Assembly: GCA_963765895.1 (NCBI GenBank)
Contig: CAVXZB010000088.1
Location: 1-64,000 of the forward strand
DNA length: 64,000 bases
Direction: 5' to 3'
Source of the DNA: an uncultured Nitrososphaeraceae archaeon
GTDB taxonomy: Archaea > Thermoproteota > Nitrososphaeria > Nitrososphaerales > Nitrososphaeraceae
The number at the start of each line of letters is the position of its first letter. Position 1 is the first letter of the stretch. Of this stretch, positions 34,437-45,992 are shown one piece after another. The position numbers were made by a program, and so were the translations under genes. The notes beneath the pieces are model-generated. The model was not told where the DNA came from, made no database searches, and saw only the letters and a list, made by a program, of their open reading frames with translations.

Positions 34437-35182
34437 GATTATAGATGAGGCTACTGATACGATCTTGTTATATACTGATATTCAAACGCTAATGAACTTG
34501 ACAAAAGATCTCCCGACTACTATGATGGTAACCGATGAGGTAAGCATTTAATATCAAAACATAAGAGAATATCTCGAACTTCATCTAGCCAGACCATCCT
34601 ATGCTGAAGACAATCTTCTATTTCTATCGGCATATTATCTGATATAGCACTTGCTGATTTATACGAATCGTTATCGACGTAAGCACGATGAAATCTGCAC
34701 GTTCATTTAGGTACTCGTCTAGCAAGGTAGGAGGGTGTATCCCATTACCCCTTAACTTTAATGATATAGAAATGCGTGTCCTGAATTAACGCACTTTACC
34801 ATTTTTGTCATCATTATGATCAGTATCAATAATCTCCAGTACCTATAGAATGTGGCATTCCACTAGTTTTCAGTTTTATCACTATACTTAACCTAATACT
34901 ATTGATAATATTGGCATAAACTGCATGTAATTGGTTAAAATACCCTAAGATCCTCTATAGTATCATACAGTTAACTTGAGCAATAAACATGGGGTTTCAT
35001 ACATGATTTGCTGCAATATCAACTTAGATATCCTTGTCTAAAAAGGTTATATTCCTTTCACATTGGGTCGTAATGGTATGTTGAGTCAGAGATATATGAT
35101 CGTCCTCTGTATAATCTAGGATCAGTTTAGGCATTTGTTACTAATCCTAGATATATTGTGTAGAGTTAATTTAGTTACTTAT

Positions 35183-36343
35183 CTAAAATAGCCAATTCTT
35201 AACTCTTGTCTCTTCGAATTCGAGTTTCTTTCTATATGATTCTCTTGAAGGAGGGTGGAGTTGTGTATTTGGATCTTCACTATAAAGGTCTACTTCAATA
35301 TATCCTGCTTCGTTACTACCCACCTCCATAAAACAAAAGCCCTTTCCATCAAATTTAGAATTAGTCTTAGTATTTGTAATTTGATCAATAATTTCTTGAG
35401 CCACCACCTTTGCCTGAGCTTCTGCAAATATGCCTGCTTTAGGGATTGTAACCATCCCTCCTAAGACGATTTCTGTTACATCGCCAATAGCAAAGACATT
35501 ATCATATATGGTTTTTAGAGTAAATTTATCAACTCTAATCCAATCCCCGTCTTTTGTAATATCACACTTTCTGATCACTGTAGGTACTTTATGTGGTGGA
35601 GTCACTATTAGCAAATCAAACTTCTCATTATTTCCATTTTCGAACTTAACCATATCGTTACTCATTACTTTTTTAACTTTGTGTAATGGATGAAAATTGA
35701 TATTATTCGTATTAAGCAACCTAACAAGTCGTTGGCTAACATCAGGTCCTGCTACCGGTAACGCAAGTGCAGACGGCGCGTAGAAATCTATATCAATTTG
35801 ATCTCTTGTTCCATTTTTAACTAACAGATCATTGATTAGCATCGAAGCTTCATATGGCGCAGGAGGGCATTTATAGGGAATATCAGCGATACAGATCGCT
35901 ATGTTCCCTTTATTTAATGAAAGTATTTTTTGTCGTAGCTCCGGAATATGCTGAGCGTCATACAGATTAAATCCTCCATGTTCTATGAATCCGTCGATTT
36001 TTTCTGGTGCAAGGTCTGATCCAAGAGATATTATCAAATAGTCATAATCAAATTTGCCCCTAAATTTAGTTGAAATGCTACTTTGAGTAAAATTAATTCC
36101 AACAATTTCATCATTTATGAATTCGATACCTTTGTTTAATAAGTTCGCTAAAGGAATAAACGAGTCTTGCAATTTTCTAGTACCATACAAAATCCACAAA
36201 TTCACAAGACCCATCATAAAAGACTTATTTTTATCAATAACTGTGATCTCATGCACATTGGATAGATTTTTACGCAAAATATTTGCTGCGGTCAAACCTC
36301 CAAAACCCGCTCCGAGAATCAAAATCCGTTTGATTTGTTCCAT
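35183..36343 (-). CDS. FAD-dependent sulfide:quinone oxidoreductase / FCSD-like protein
   Basis: ILILGAGFGG, YKCPPAPYE, FAIGD, PKAGIFA, GFCFME; start moved to the ATG before the Rossmann motif. Confidence 0.85.
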   Translation of the reverse strand: MEQIKRILILGAGFGGLTAANILRKNLSNVHEITVIDKNKSFMMGLVNLWILYGTRKLQDSFIPLANLLNKGIEFINDEIVGINFTQSSISTKFRGKFDYDYLIISLGSDLAPEKIDGFIEHGGFNLYDAQHIPELRQKILSLNKGNIAICIADIPYKCPPAPYEASMLINDLLVKNGTRDQIDIDFYAPSALALPVAGPDVSQRLVRLLNTNNINFHPLHKVKKVMSNDMVKFENGNNEKFDLLIVTPPHKVPTVIRKCDITKDGDWIRVDKFTLKTIYDNVFAIGDVTEIVLGGMVTIPKAGIFAEAQAKVVAQEIIDQITNTKTNSKFDGKGFCFMEVGSNEAGYIEVDLYSEDPNTQLHPPSRESYRKKLEFEETRVKNWLF

Positions 36344-37073
36344 CAAAGATATCCAGATCTCAAATTGATGGTAAATAAGGATTATCACGAAAAGTTGTCG
36401 TCGTGTTTGCTTTACACTACTTTACTGATATATCAACGAATACCGACTACATTAATTTGAGATAATTCATATCCTCCATAAATTTTCTTTATTCGGCGAA
36501 GGAGATTACGAAATGTATTTGTGATTGATCCTAAAGAACTTAAACCATTAGATATTGGCTTTTACATTCTTTTCATTCTACACTCATTAAGTTATGCTAC
36601 TAAATTTGCTGCAATGTAATGTAGGAATCCAGAAGCCTGTAATTCTTTCAAGATTCTGATAGGGTGATCCTATATTCGACTGTATTGCGACTTATACTGA
36701 ATATTGAGCCGGAAGTACCTGTGACTTCATTATGATGTGTGGATATGTACTTTATGGTCACCATCTTGGGCCTAGTTACCAACCGCGGCACCTCGATACC
36801 ACAAGCCTTAATTCTTCTGGAGAAACTACATGATTGACTCTATCTCGATTAGTCCAGGATTTTCTAACGACATGAATTTTTCATGTATATCTAATGGATG
36901 AACAGTTGCGTCAACAGGCATCGAGTGTTGCGATAGAATGGCTTTGGATATTAGTTTTTATGATGCTTAATTACAGAATCATAGTAGTATAATAAATATT
37001 GACCACGAACTCGAACATTTTTTCATTATGCGCATATAGTCTCAACCAGGGGGAGCTATAGTACAAAACGTAA

Positions 37074-37412
37074 ATGGATAAAAATAATAAGGATATTGAA
37101 CAGCGATCTTCGTTTGAGGAAACAAACACCCATATTGGAAGCTGCGGTAGCGCACATATTGATGATCCACACAGCGCTATTCTAGTGGATAGATGGTCCG
37201 AAATATATAATTCAAAAGCTCTCGCAAAGACCAATGAAGGCATATTGTGTGGCAACGTAGTAGCTGAGTATAATGATAATATAGTATTGATAGATTTTGC
37301 TGCTTCGAATTTGCAAGAATATCTAGTTCCAAAATCAATAATCGAACGGTACGATGGCGAATATTTGTATTTGACTATTTCTCACAATGTATTAATGTCA
37401 TACGGATATTAG
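37074..37412 (+). CDS. Hypothetical protein (PRC-barrel/DUF2171-like C-half)
   Basis: YLVPKSIIERYDGEYLYLTI motif. Confidence 0.6.
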   Translation: MDKNNKDIEQRSSFEETNTHIGSCGSAHIDDPHSAILVDRWSEIYNSKALAKTNEGILCGNVVAEYNDNIVLIDFAASNLQEYLVPKSIIERYDGEYLYLTISHNVLMSYGY

Positions 37413-37691
37413 TCTCGAGCAATTTGAACCAAATCTATGGACATATAGACAAAGAATACGCTTCATAATTCAAAACTGGTTTTTAGTATATCGGATAGAG
37501 GAAATCAGTAACAATGTCCCCAGCCGTTATTTGAAACTAAGTATATTAGAGTGGTCTAAGGATCGGTTTGCCTTGTCGCGGGATGATAAGACTGTCTCTG
37601 TAGTTGAATTTTGTAAAAGTTATCACACAACCTAGTGGTAAAATATAGAGATGATACCTAATAAAAAAATGTTAGTATTATTCCAAAGGGC

Positions 37692-37859
37692 TTGCTTAAG
37701 ACTTTAATAATTTACGGTGTAGAAAGGGAAATTGAAGTTTGCGATGAATGTGAACAAGATTATCTTTTAGTTGATCGTAGATGTGATTGCGGGAAGATAT
37801 TGTGTACCGCTTGTTACGTATGGCACAAAGAGAGTATCGGAGGTACTGAATCTAAGTAA
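37692..37859 (+). CDS. 55-aa B-box/AN1-like zinc-finger microprotein
   Basis: Manual translation ...EVCDECEQDYLLVDRRCDCGKILCTACYVWHKES...; TTG start. Confidence 0.6.
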   Translation: MLKTLIIYGVEREIEVCDECEQDYLLVDRRCDCGKILCTACYVWHKESIGGTESK

Positions 37860-37981
37860 AGAGCACTATACTTTTCGTCTTGTTCAAAATTTATTCAACA
37901 TATCTATTTCAGTTTGTTTGGGAAACGTAGATAACATTGTATATAATAACCTTATAAGATATTCCTCATCTTCCTAATAGT

Positions 37982-38500
37982 ATGGAACGAGGATATAAGG
38001 AAAAAAGAAAATCTGTGGCAATATTACTTGCTACCCTTCTTGGTATATCGCTAATTCTGTGGAATATACCTGAGCATCGTTTGGCCAATGCTCAAAGTAA
38101 TTACCCATTATTAATTCATGGGGGCGGCAGAGGTACAATTGTTTGTGTCGATGGTTCAACCGTACAAGCTGATATATCATTTATAATTTCATCATCAAAG
38201 AACCAAGGCAATGTTACCGGCAATTGGACACTTAACGATTTTAGTGACCCTTTTCTATCAGGTTCAGTTGTAACTGGGGGTTCAATATACAGTGGCTATG
38301 CAAATTTATCACAATATAACATAACCGGAGAAACTCATAATCTCAAGGAAAAAATAAGGCTCTGTAACCCCGCCCTCTTCGCACCAATATCTATGGTGGG
38401 AGTGTGCGGATACAATGTCATTATTGATGTGGGATTAAAGACTGATGAATTATTCGATGTTGTGAATCCATTCTATGGAGATGTGGTTTGCCAGCGATAG
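37982..38500 (+). CDS. Secreted or anchored hypothetical protein
   Basis: Signal-like N-terminus, beta-rich body, four Cys. Confidence 0.7.
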   Translation: MERGYKEKRKSVAILLATLLGISLILWNIPEHRLANAQSNYPLLIHGGGRGTIVCVDGSTVQADISFIISSSKNQGNVTGNWTLNDFSDPFLSGSVVTGGSIYSGYANLSQYNITGETHNLKEKIRLCNPALFAPISMVGVCGYNVIIDVGLKTDELFDVVNPFYGDVVCQR

Positions 38501-38738
38501 TGCTTAGAGTCGAGATTCGGTGAATTGTAATTGTAAAACTATAACCTAGGTGAGTTTGAATGCACAGACAAATGGTAACATAATCACGCAATATATCTAG
38601 CCAGTAAATTGTAAGTGTGAAGAAGTAGATAACATTGATTGGATAGATTGGTTAGACCATAAAGCCAATCGTTGGTCCGGACAGGGTCAAATAATGCTTC
38701 TTCCCCTAGATGCACTGACCTACGAAGAACATGGGACG

Positions 38739-39578
38739 TCATTGATATGTGCTCGGTTCTATAGGTTTAAAGTCAATGACACCACTTATGTCCAATAAAT
38801 CAATCTCATTAGCCATCTCCTTAGCTTCGTCAGCTTCTTCGTTATACTTATCCATACATTTGTTATAGAATTTACACCATGGACATTTGCTAGCCCTCTT
38901 GGATTCAGCAAGTTTCGGTAGGATAGAAACGTCATTTTGTCGCAATGCTTTCAGAAAAAGGTTTTTGCGTCTTACCATTTCGTTTTTAAGAATTTCTCTT
39001 GAAATATCTCCTTTGGGGATAGATACAGACCAGCTTTCAATTCCCGGTTCCTTGCCATTGCGTGGTTTGAAGTAATAGTCGCCCTCAGAATCACTTCTTA
39101 CCCATCTGAATTCTTTGCTATTATATCTGATTGAAAGTATGCCTTTCTCGGTACCTGTTATTACTAAATAATATAGTAGTTGTCTCAAATAGGATCTAAA
39201 CCTCTCGTCAGTTATATCCAAACGCTTTCCGCTAAGTGTATCTTTTAGCTCAATAATTACTTCGTCGCTAAGCATAACATCTGGATGTGCTATTATTCCA
39301 TCAGTCTCTATTTCAGGCTGCGCAATCCCAATATTCGCAAGATTGGTAATGACAAATTCGCTGGCCTCTCCCCGTACAAAATGATTGATGGAATCACTAG
39401 AAATGGGATCCATTTCTGGATATCTTCGTGAATAAAACTGTTTTCTAATACAGGTAGTTGGTATAATATCTGAAACGTGCACTTTTTCATCAACTCGTCG
39501 TCTTTCTTCATACCTTAGCCTCAGGTTTGTGTCAAGTAGATCGGTAAACTCCTTATTTCTTCGAATGGTGATGGTCAT
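38739..39578 (-). CDS. Solo Cas4-like PD-(D/E)XK nuclease with Fe-S ligands
   Basis: HVSD..TCIRK, HPD..IIELK, RQLLYY, CPWC....KC. Confidence 0.85.
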   Translation of the reverse strand: MTITIRRNKEFTDLLDTNLRLRYEERRRVDEKVHVSDIIPTTCIRKQFYSRRYPEMDPISSDSINHFVRGEASEFVITNLANIGIAQPEIETDGIIAHPDVMLSDEVIIELKDTLSGKRLDITDERFRSYLRQLLYYLVITGTEKGILSIRYNSKEFRWVRSDSEGDYYFKPRNGKEPGIESWSVSIPKGDISREILKNEMVRRKNLFLKALRQNDVSILPKLAESKRASKCPWCKFYNKCMDKYNEEADEAKEMANEIDLLDISGVIDFKPIEPSTYQ

Positions 39579-39955
39579 ATATTTAAAAGCCTTCTTGTAC
39601 TTTCTATGTTCGAGTGAGATCGTGCTAATTTCGAATCTTTCGTTGATACTACAGATATAGTATGCATTATTATTATCTATCTCTATGCATATTTCTGTGT
39701 AAGGTTATCGGGTGTTGCCTAATATAGTTTACTTGTGACGACTGTAAAGGATATTAAGCCCCTAAAATTGGATATCTTCTCAAATAGCCGTAATTAGTGC
39801 TAGGCGTCAACATGTATCATTTTTGACATTTATTTAAATTTTAAACAATAAATAGATGATCTTGGTCTATTATCTGAAAAAATATCCACCGTGGATTAAA
39901 ATATCGAATTGATTCTGTTCTACTTTGTTATTCATATTTGTACGCGAATTAGTCC

Positions 39956-40327
39956 TTGTGTGGCATAAAAAATGTTATATTATTAGTATTTCGTAAGTCA
40001 TTATATCATATGCAATATCATAAAGCTGCTTTTCTTGGTTCAGAAAGGTCAAAAAAAGCCCAAATGAAATTGTTTGATTATACCGGATTCGCTATGTTAA
40101 CCTACACAATCAAACACACCAACAATAATTTTGAACCAGTGGGCGAAGAAATGTTTATCGGAAAAATGGTCAGGGGAGAGGAGACAATGCTATTTATATG
40201 TGATGAAGATGGCTATGCAAAAGCTCAGTCGAAGCCTTTGCCAATCATTAGAGGAGAAGAAATATATAAAAAAATAATAAAGGATGGAATTTCCGAATTT
40301 ATTGGTGATATCAAGACTGTCACTTGA
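39956..40327 (+). CDS. Conserved hypothetical protein (likely start ATG 40009)
   Basis: Globular ORF, MQYHKAAF...FICDEDGYAKAQSKP. Confidence 0.7.
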   Translation: MCGIKNVILLVFRKSLYHMQYHKAAFLGSERSKKAQMKLFDYTGFAMLTYTIKHTNNNFEPVGEEMFIGKMVRGEETMLFICDEDGYAKAQSKPLPIIRGEEIYKKIIKDGISEFIGDIKTVT

Positions 40328-41054
40328 TAACTGTGATTTCCGTACCGACTTCATTTTCAGGTTCGATAGCATGTCGGATATTAGCGATATCTGCCTTTAA
40401 GATTCTGGTCGGAATTTTCGACCGTTCTATTACTTTGAGTGCAACAATGTCCATAAGATCGTATGTACCGGCCATAGAACTCTCGTTCTCGAGAAGCCGC
40501 ATACATTGCTGAACCGTAATCTTCTTAAGGAGTTTCGCATTGCTCGTTATGTTGGGATCGGAGTCATAGATCCCATCGACATCGGTAGCATTCAGAAATT
40601 TTGAGGCCCTTACAATTTCAGCAATCAATGCTGATGTGGCATTAGTACTTTGTCCTGGGTGCAGACCCCCTGTTATTACTATTTTCCCACTTTCCGCGGC
40701 CAAGACAACTTCTCCTAAATCCTTTGGTATCTTTGGATATGCCTTTTCTCGCAGCGCGGTTAACAACAGCCTTGCATTAAGCCTCGAAATATCGATCCCC
40801 ATAATATCTAAACTTGCCTCGTCTGAACCCAAGGCCCTTGCGAGATCAATATAATGTCGAGCAATCTTTCCACCTCCGGAAATTACGACTAGTTGAATTT
40901 CATTATCAATAGAGCAAAGCATGTCAGCGTATTCTTTAATCACGCTCTCACTAGTATTTTGACCAAAAATGCTACCACTCAGTTTAATAACTATTCGGTC
41001 CTTGATTTTGGATTTTAGAAAATGGTCATCCATGTTCCGATCTTTCTCTCTCAA
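40320..41054 (-). CDS. pyrH: UMP kinase
   Basis: IKLSGS, GGGKIAR, GLHPGQSTN, TDVDGIYDSDP. Confidence 0.96.
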   Translation of the reverse strand: MREKDRNMDDHFLKSKIKDRIVIKLSGSIFGQNTSESVIKEYADMLCSIDNEIQLVVISGGGKIARHYIDLARALGSDEASLDIMGIDISRLNARLLLTALREKAYPKIPKDLGEVVLAAESGKIVITGGLHPGQSTNATSALIAEIVRASKFLNATDVDGIYDSDPNITSNAKLLKKITVQQCMRLLENESSMAGTYDLMDIVALKVIERSKIPTRILKADIANIRHAIEPENEVGTEITVIK

Positions 41055-42276
41055 TTACCCTACTAATACACTTCTCAACTGGATTTCTACTTTCCGCCGT
41101 TGTATACACCCTTAACATATTTAGAAAACCTGTTATGGAGTCAATTATTGGTATCTCAGTAACTGGAATTTCGTACGTCCGTTTTCTATCAGAGAGGATC
41201 ACAGAGCTAATCTCCTTTTTGTTTGGGGTCAGCGGCATTGATGATGCCCTTGATGAATCCACAAAGACTGAAGATCCGCTAACACCTGCCTCCTCAGCTA
41301 TTCTTAAGCCTAGGTCGTTTAACGTGTCTCTATTAATTTTTTTGAACGTTGGATCATGTCTATGAAGGAACCTCTCATATACACATTTTAAGAGTCTTCT
41401 GGATCTATAGTCGATTGCAAGCTTTGAGGCAATTTCATTCTGATGTTTAAGTGAAATAATTCTCTCAAGTACATTCTCGTCTGTCAGTTCTAAAAATTTC
41501 TCCAACGAAATATCTGTTAAATTTAGCTGATCATCAGCGAGTAACATTGAATGTAAAAGCATGACTTCTGCAGATCTTACCGTCTTATGAAAATAAACTG
41601 CCTTGAACATTTCGTATCTGGAAATTAACATTGATTCAAAGGAATACAGAGCTGACCTATCTAACGCCAAATGGTTCTTAGTCACTACCCGAAATGAGGT
41701 AACCAGTCTATGATAGTCAATATTCCCATACTCGGTCCCGGTGAACATGCCGTCTCTAGGCAAATAGTCCATTATATCGGCAGATAAGCTTCCTGCGATG
41801 ATTTCGTTAAGAAATTTTATTTTTGACTGGCCGCATGACAGATTTGAAATCGTTGACGGATCATGACCATATCTAGAGATGATGTCGCTGATTTCACTTT
41901 TCAATATGATTTCTTTTCCGATATCTTCGTGATTTTTCCTATTTTTTTCATTCAAGACTTCTTCAAATAAATGAGAAAATGGCCCGTGACCTATGTCGTG
42001 TAGTAACGCGGCCAGTCTGAGTTCTTGTATTTCTTCTTCACTTTCCAGATAACCTTTTGATAAGAGAGTTTCTCCTGCATATCCTGCTATATGCATCGTT
42101 CCAAGAGAGTGCTCGAAGCGAGAGTGTTGTGCACTTGGATATATCAGATGCGCACCAGCAAGTTGTCTAATTCTCCTCAGTCTCTGGAACATCTGGTTAT
42201 CCAGGATATCGTGTTCAGCCTTTGTAAACCGAATATGCTTGTGTATGGGGTCAGTTATTTCTCCAACGAATTTCAT
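41026..42276 (-). CDS. HD-domain dNTP triphosphohydrolase-like protein (SAMHD1/YwfO family)
   Basis: FQRLRRIRQL, HSRFEHSLG, LHDIGHGPFSH, DIMDYL.RD, VYFHK. Confidence 0.93.
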   Translation of the reverse strand: MKFVGEITDPIHKHIRFTKAEHDILDNQMFQRLRRIRQLAGAHLIYPSAQHSRFEHSLGTMHIAGYAGETLLSKGYLESEEEIQELRLAALLHDIGHGPFSHLFEEVLNEKNRKNHEDIGKEIILKSEISDIISRYGHDPSTISNLSCGQSKIKFLNEIIAGSLSADIMDYLPRDGMFTGTEYGNIDYHRLVTSFRVVTKNHLALDRSALYSFESMLISRYEMFKAVYFHKTVRSAEVMLLHSMLLADDQLNLTDISLEKFLELTDENVLERIISLKHQNEIASKLAIDYRSRRLLKCVYERFLHRHDPTFKKINRDTLNDLGLRIAEEAGVSGSSVFVDSSRASSMPLTPNKKEISSVILSDRKRTYEIPVTEIPIIDSITGFLNMLRVYTTAESRNPVEKCISRVIERERSEHG

Positions 42277-42290
42277 GATTATTATGGTAA

Positions 42291-42902
42291 TTAATTTTGT
42301 AATACTTCGTTTACGAGTTTCAGCACATCCTTGTGGACATGCTTTATACTTCTTTCTCCGTTAATTTCCTTCCATTTAAATAATTTTGCGAGCTTATGGT
42401 AATTCTCATGTACTCTATACAATAACTCTTGATCCTTCTCAAATAAATCGTGATTGGTGACCGGCCTTTCTTGTAATATGAATGGTTTCGCATTGAGAAT
42501 TATAACTAAATCTTCCCTTGGGATCCCTTGATCCAAGTTTTGTAACCATCTGAGGTCGAGGCCATTAGATATTCCGTAAACTAGGTTAGATTGGTAATAC
42601 CTGTTCATAATCAAAATCGTACCCTTATCTCTGGCGATCTCTATTTCCTTCTTCTTTTCCCAGCGGTTAGCAGAAAGTAGCATATGTTTTACTTCATTAG
42701 GATAGTCGCGTTTGCGATCTAAGAAGGCATGGATTTCCAAGCCTATTGGCGTGTTATAATCAGGAAAATTTAGTATTGAACAATTCTTACCGGATTGTTT
42801 CAGGTGTTTCATGAGCATTTTGGATTGTGTTGTTTTCCCAACTTTATCTGTTCCTTCAATTACTATAATCCTCCCGTCCTTCAATAAGAAATTCCGAAGC
42901 AT
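42291..42902 (-). CDS. tmk: Thymidylate kinase
   Basis: IEGTDKVGKTTQ, SANRWE, NRYYQSNLVYG. Confidence 0.95.
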   Translation of the reverse strand: MLRNFLLKDGRIIVIEGTDKVGKTTQSKMLMKHLKQSGKNCSILNFPDYNTPIGLEIHAFLDRKRDYPNEVKHMLLSANRWEKKKEIEIARDKGTILIMNRYYQSNLVYGISNGLDLRWLQNLDQGIPREDLVIILNAKPFILQERPVTNHDLFEKDQELLYRVHENYHKLAKLFKWKEINGERSIKHVHKDVLKLVNEVLQN

Positions 42903-43110
42903 GCCTGAATAAAAGCCTAGTGAGAACCGACATCTAACAATCGCATGAAATTCTTAAAGCATGCAATCACCATGTCAAACTTAGAAATGATTAGACAAGT
43001 TACAAGAGGGAAGTTGTAGAGATCATGCATCTTTCAACACTTTGATACTATTGAGAGGAAATTATACTAAATCAACACTTAAATCTTGATGAGATCAATG
43101 TTAATTCAGA

Positions 43111-43443
43111 ATGTCGGGATTATCAGATTTATCACTTCAAGTCGGAGTCGGAGGCTTCGAATGGGTAATTATTATTGTTATCGTTGTAGTGCTTATTTTC
43201 GGCGTAAAGAAAATTCCTGAACTTGCCAGATCTTTTGGCAAAGCATCGTCTGAATATCAAAAGGCAAAGATTGAAGCAAAGAATGAGCTACGGAGGGTAA
43301 AAACTAAGGATGTGGAAGATGTAGGAAGAGAAAAACTTGAATCAATAGCTGAAACCCTGGGCATAGACTATACAAACAAGAACGACGAGGAACTAAGGAT
43401 TGCTATCGATGCTGAAATCAATAGGAGTAAGAACCAACCTTGA
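43111..43443 (+). CDS. tatA: Twin-arginine translocase TatA/E
   Basis: TM followed by LIFGVKKIPELARSFGK. Confidence 0.93.
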   Translation: MSGLSDLSLQVGVGGFEWVIIIVIVVVLIFGVKKIPELARSFGKASSEYQKAKIEAKNELRRVKTKDVEDVGREKLESIAETLGIDYTNKNDEELRIAIDAEINRSKNQP

Positions 43444-43548
43444 AATACATAATTCTATTCTATCCAAGGATTTCGTGCCTTACAATCTAGCTTGAAGTAT
43501 TAATTTTTAATAAGGATTGGACTGAATCAGATTACGTGAAAAAATTAT

Positions 43549-44700
43549 TTAATAACGCTTCAAGGTATTATAAAAATTATCCCTTTCCAAAGGTTCGTAA
43601 CCAATTTGCTTTATAGAATTTATGATTTTGTTAGATGTTAGTTCTGTTGATCTTGCCCCAGTTGCACTCACTACTTCTTCTCCAATGAGCGTACCTCCAA
43701 AATCATCAGCGCCGTAATATAATGCAAGTTGAGCCATGCCTATTCCGTTTGTCAACCAAGAAGATTGCAAATGATCAATTAAACCGAAATATGCTATTCT
43801 TGAAACAGCAATCATCTTTAATAAATTAAGCCCACCTGAGGAATATCGAATATGACCCTCGGATTGCATCTCGGTCGCGTTAGGTTCGAAACTCCAAGGT
43901 ATAAAGGCCATAAACCCGTTAGTTTTTTCTTGTAATTCTGCAATCTTCATAATATGTCTAGCCTGTTGTTCTTCGTTTTCAACCGTACCGTACATCATCG
44001 TTGCTGAAGATTTCAATCCGAGCATATGTGCTTCCTTCATAATTCTCAGCCATTCATCACTCTTGATTTTAAGAGGACTAATATCTGCTTTAACATCATC
44101 GTCAAGAATTTCTGCTCCTGCCCCCGGTAACGAATCTAATCCAGATGCCTTGAGTCTAGCAAGAACTTCCTTTATACTACTTCTTTCGATCTTGGCAATC
44201 ATATCTATCTCAGACGGCGATAATCCGTGGATAGATATTTTTGAAGATTTCTTTATTGCACTAAAGACACTTTCGTAGTACTCTAACCTTAAACTCGGAT
44301 TATGTCCCCCTTGAATTAGCACCTGAGTAGTACCAAGTGTTCGTGCGGATGTCAAAACTCTTTTCAGTATTTCTTCTTTAGATAGAGTGTAGGTATCTTT
44401 GTGTCCAGGAGGTCTATAAAACGCACAAAATTTACAATAAGTTACACATACATTTGTATAATTTAGTATAATATTATTAATGAAAGAGGCCGTATTTCCA
44501 AATAATCTTTGTCTCAACAAATTAGCTATTGCTCCTAACCCGACTGCATCAGTGGATTTAATTAATCGAATGCATTCCTTTGTTCCAATTCGCTGGCCTC
44601 GAAGTGTGTTTTCTACGATATCACCGATGTCGGACTTCATGATTAAATCTTGCGCTAGGCCGATATTTCTCAATACTAGTACATTGCTCAATTGGGTCAT
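43549..44700 (-). CDS. mqnC: Cyclic dehypoxanthine futalosine synthase (radical SAM)
   Basis: NYTNVCVTYCKFCAFYR, LIQGGHNP, PGAGAEIL, AFIPWSF, QSSWLT. Confidence 0.85.
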   Translation of the reverse strand: MTQLSNVLVLRNIGLAQDLIMKSDIGDIVENTLRGQRIGTKECIRLIKSTDAVGLGAIANLLRQRLFGNTASFINNIILNYTNVCVTYCKFCAFYRPPGHKDTYTLSKEEILKRVLTSARTLGTTQVLIQGGHNPSLRLEYYESVFSAIKKSSKISIHGLSPSEIDMIAKIERSSIKEVLARLKASGLDSLPGAGAEILDDDVKADISPLKIKSDEWLRIMKEAHMLGLKSSATMMYGTVENEEQQARHIMKIAELQEKTNGFMAFIPWSFEPNATEMQSEGHIRYSSGGLNLLKMIAVSRIAYFGLIDHLQSSWLTNGIGMAQLALYYGADDFGGTLIGEEVVSATGARSTELTSNKIINSIKQIGYEPLERDNFYNTLKRY

Positions 44701-44776
44701 ACTATTTAATTCTTACAAACCGGTGAGCACGCCAACGAGTAACATATATGTTGTATTTAGATTGTTAAATCATAGT

Positions 44777-45883
44777 TTGCTCAGTAATATTCAAGGCGCA
44801 ACCAATGCGCTGGAAAGAGCCCTAGCGGGGGAAGAGCTATCTTTCCAGGATGGGTTGCAGTTAATAAGAGAAGAGAACCTGTTCTCTCTTGCTCGCCGCT
44901 GATATGGCCCGCAACAAAACTTGCGGAAACACTGTTACGTTTACCTCTTCGTATTACTTGAATTACACGAATGTTTGTGCTGGCAAGCTGTCCACTATGC
45001 GCATTCTATCGAAAAGGTGATGAAGATGATGCATACACCCTAACTATCGAACAGATTGTGACTAGAGCTGGAATAGCAGTCAAACAGATGGGGGCCAAAG
45101 AACTTCATATTGTTGGAGGTTTTCATCCTAAGCTTGGACTAGGGTATTACGAAGCCATGATGAAGGCAATTAAAATGAATTATCCTGATGTAACAATCAA
45201 GGCGCTAACCCCCGCAGAAATCTTCTTCATTGCAAAATTAACAAGAAATTCGGTTAAGGAAGTACTGTTGAGGCTAAAAGATGCAGGATTAGATACTCTG
45301 CCTGGTGGGGGAGCTGAGATTTTCGGCGCTGGATCTAGGGACAGGATCGTTAGAGGAAAATGTTCAGGCGAAGAATGGCTTAACACAGCTCAACAAGCAC
45401 ATGAATTAGGATTGACGAGCAACTCTACTATGCTCTTTGGCCATATTGAGAAATTAGAAGATATTGTCGATCACGTCTTGAAAATAAGGGAACTTCATAA
45501 GAAAACAAATGGCTTTAATACCTTTATTCCATTGAAGTTTAGCCTTGACAACACTGAATTGGAACAAAATGGAACCATAACTATGGAAAGTCCATCAACA
45601 TATGATTTGAGAATTATTGCGGTATCAAGGTTGCTCCTCTCTAATGTACTAAATAACATCTCGATATATTGGGTTGCATTAGGAAAAAAATTGGCCCAGG
45701 TTGCGTTATCTTATGGTGGTAACGATCTAGTTGGAACAGCATTTTCTGAAGAAATTTTCAAAGCAAGTGGAAAGGGTGCTCGCAACGTCAATAGAGGAAC
45801 TAATTAATTTGATTAGAGAAGTAAAGAAGGAGCCCGCTCTGAGGGATTCCTACTTTAATATCATAAAGAAATTTACTTTGTAG
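44777..45883 (+). CDS. mqnE: CofH/MqnE-type radical SAM protein (probable aminodeoxyfutalosine synthase) with three indels near 44893, 44982 and 45775
   Basis: Reconstructed NYTNVCAASCPLCAFYR, LHIVGGFHP, PGGGAEIF, TMLFGHIE, FIPLKF, and C-terminal EPALRDSYFN. Confidence 0.8.
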
Positions 45884-45992
45884 TCCTGCATGTCCGATAC
45901 TTCGAACGAATTTTGTAAGGAATGGCGGTTCTATCTTAAATTAAAGACATTTTGTAATTATGGTAAATCATAATTCCATATTAATAAATTCA

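Noticed and set aside
37771-37977. 68-aa ORF in the track
   Set aside because: The overlapping frame 37692..37859 has a coherent zinc-finger pattern; this one has none.
43549-45883. Divergent radical SAM pair as a novel pathway
   Set aside because: Best explained as futalosine-pathway MqnC/MqnE, already known in this phylum.
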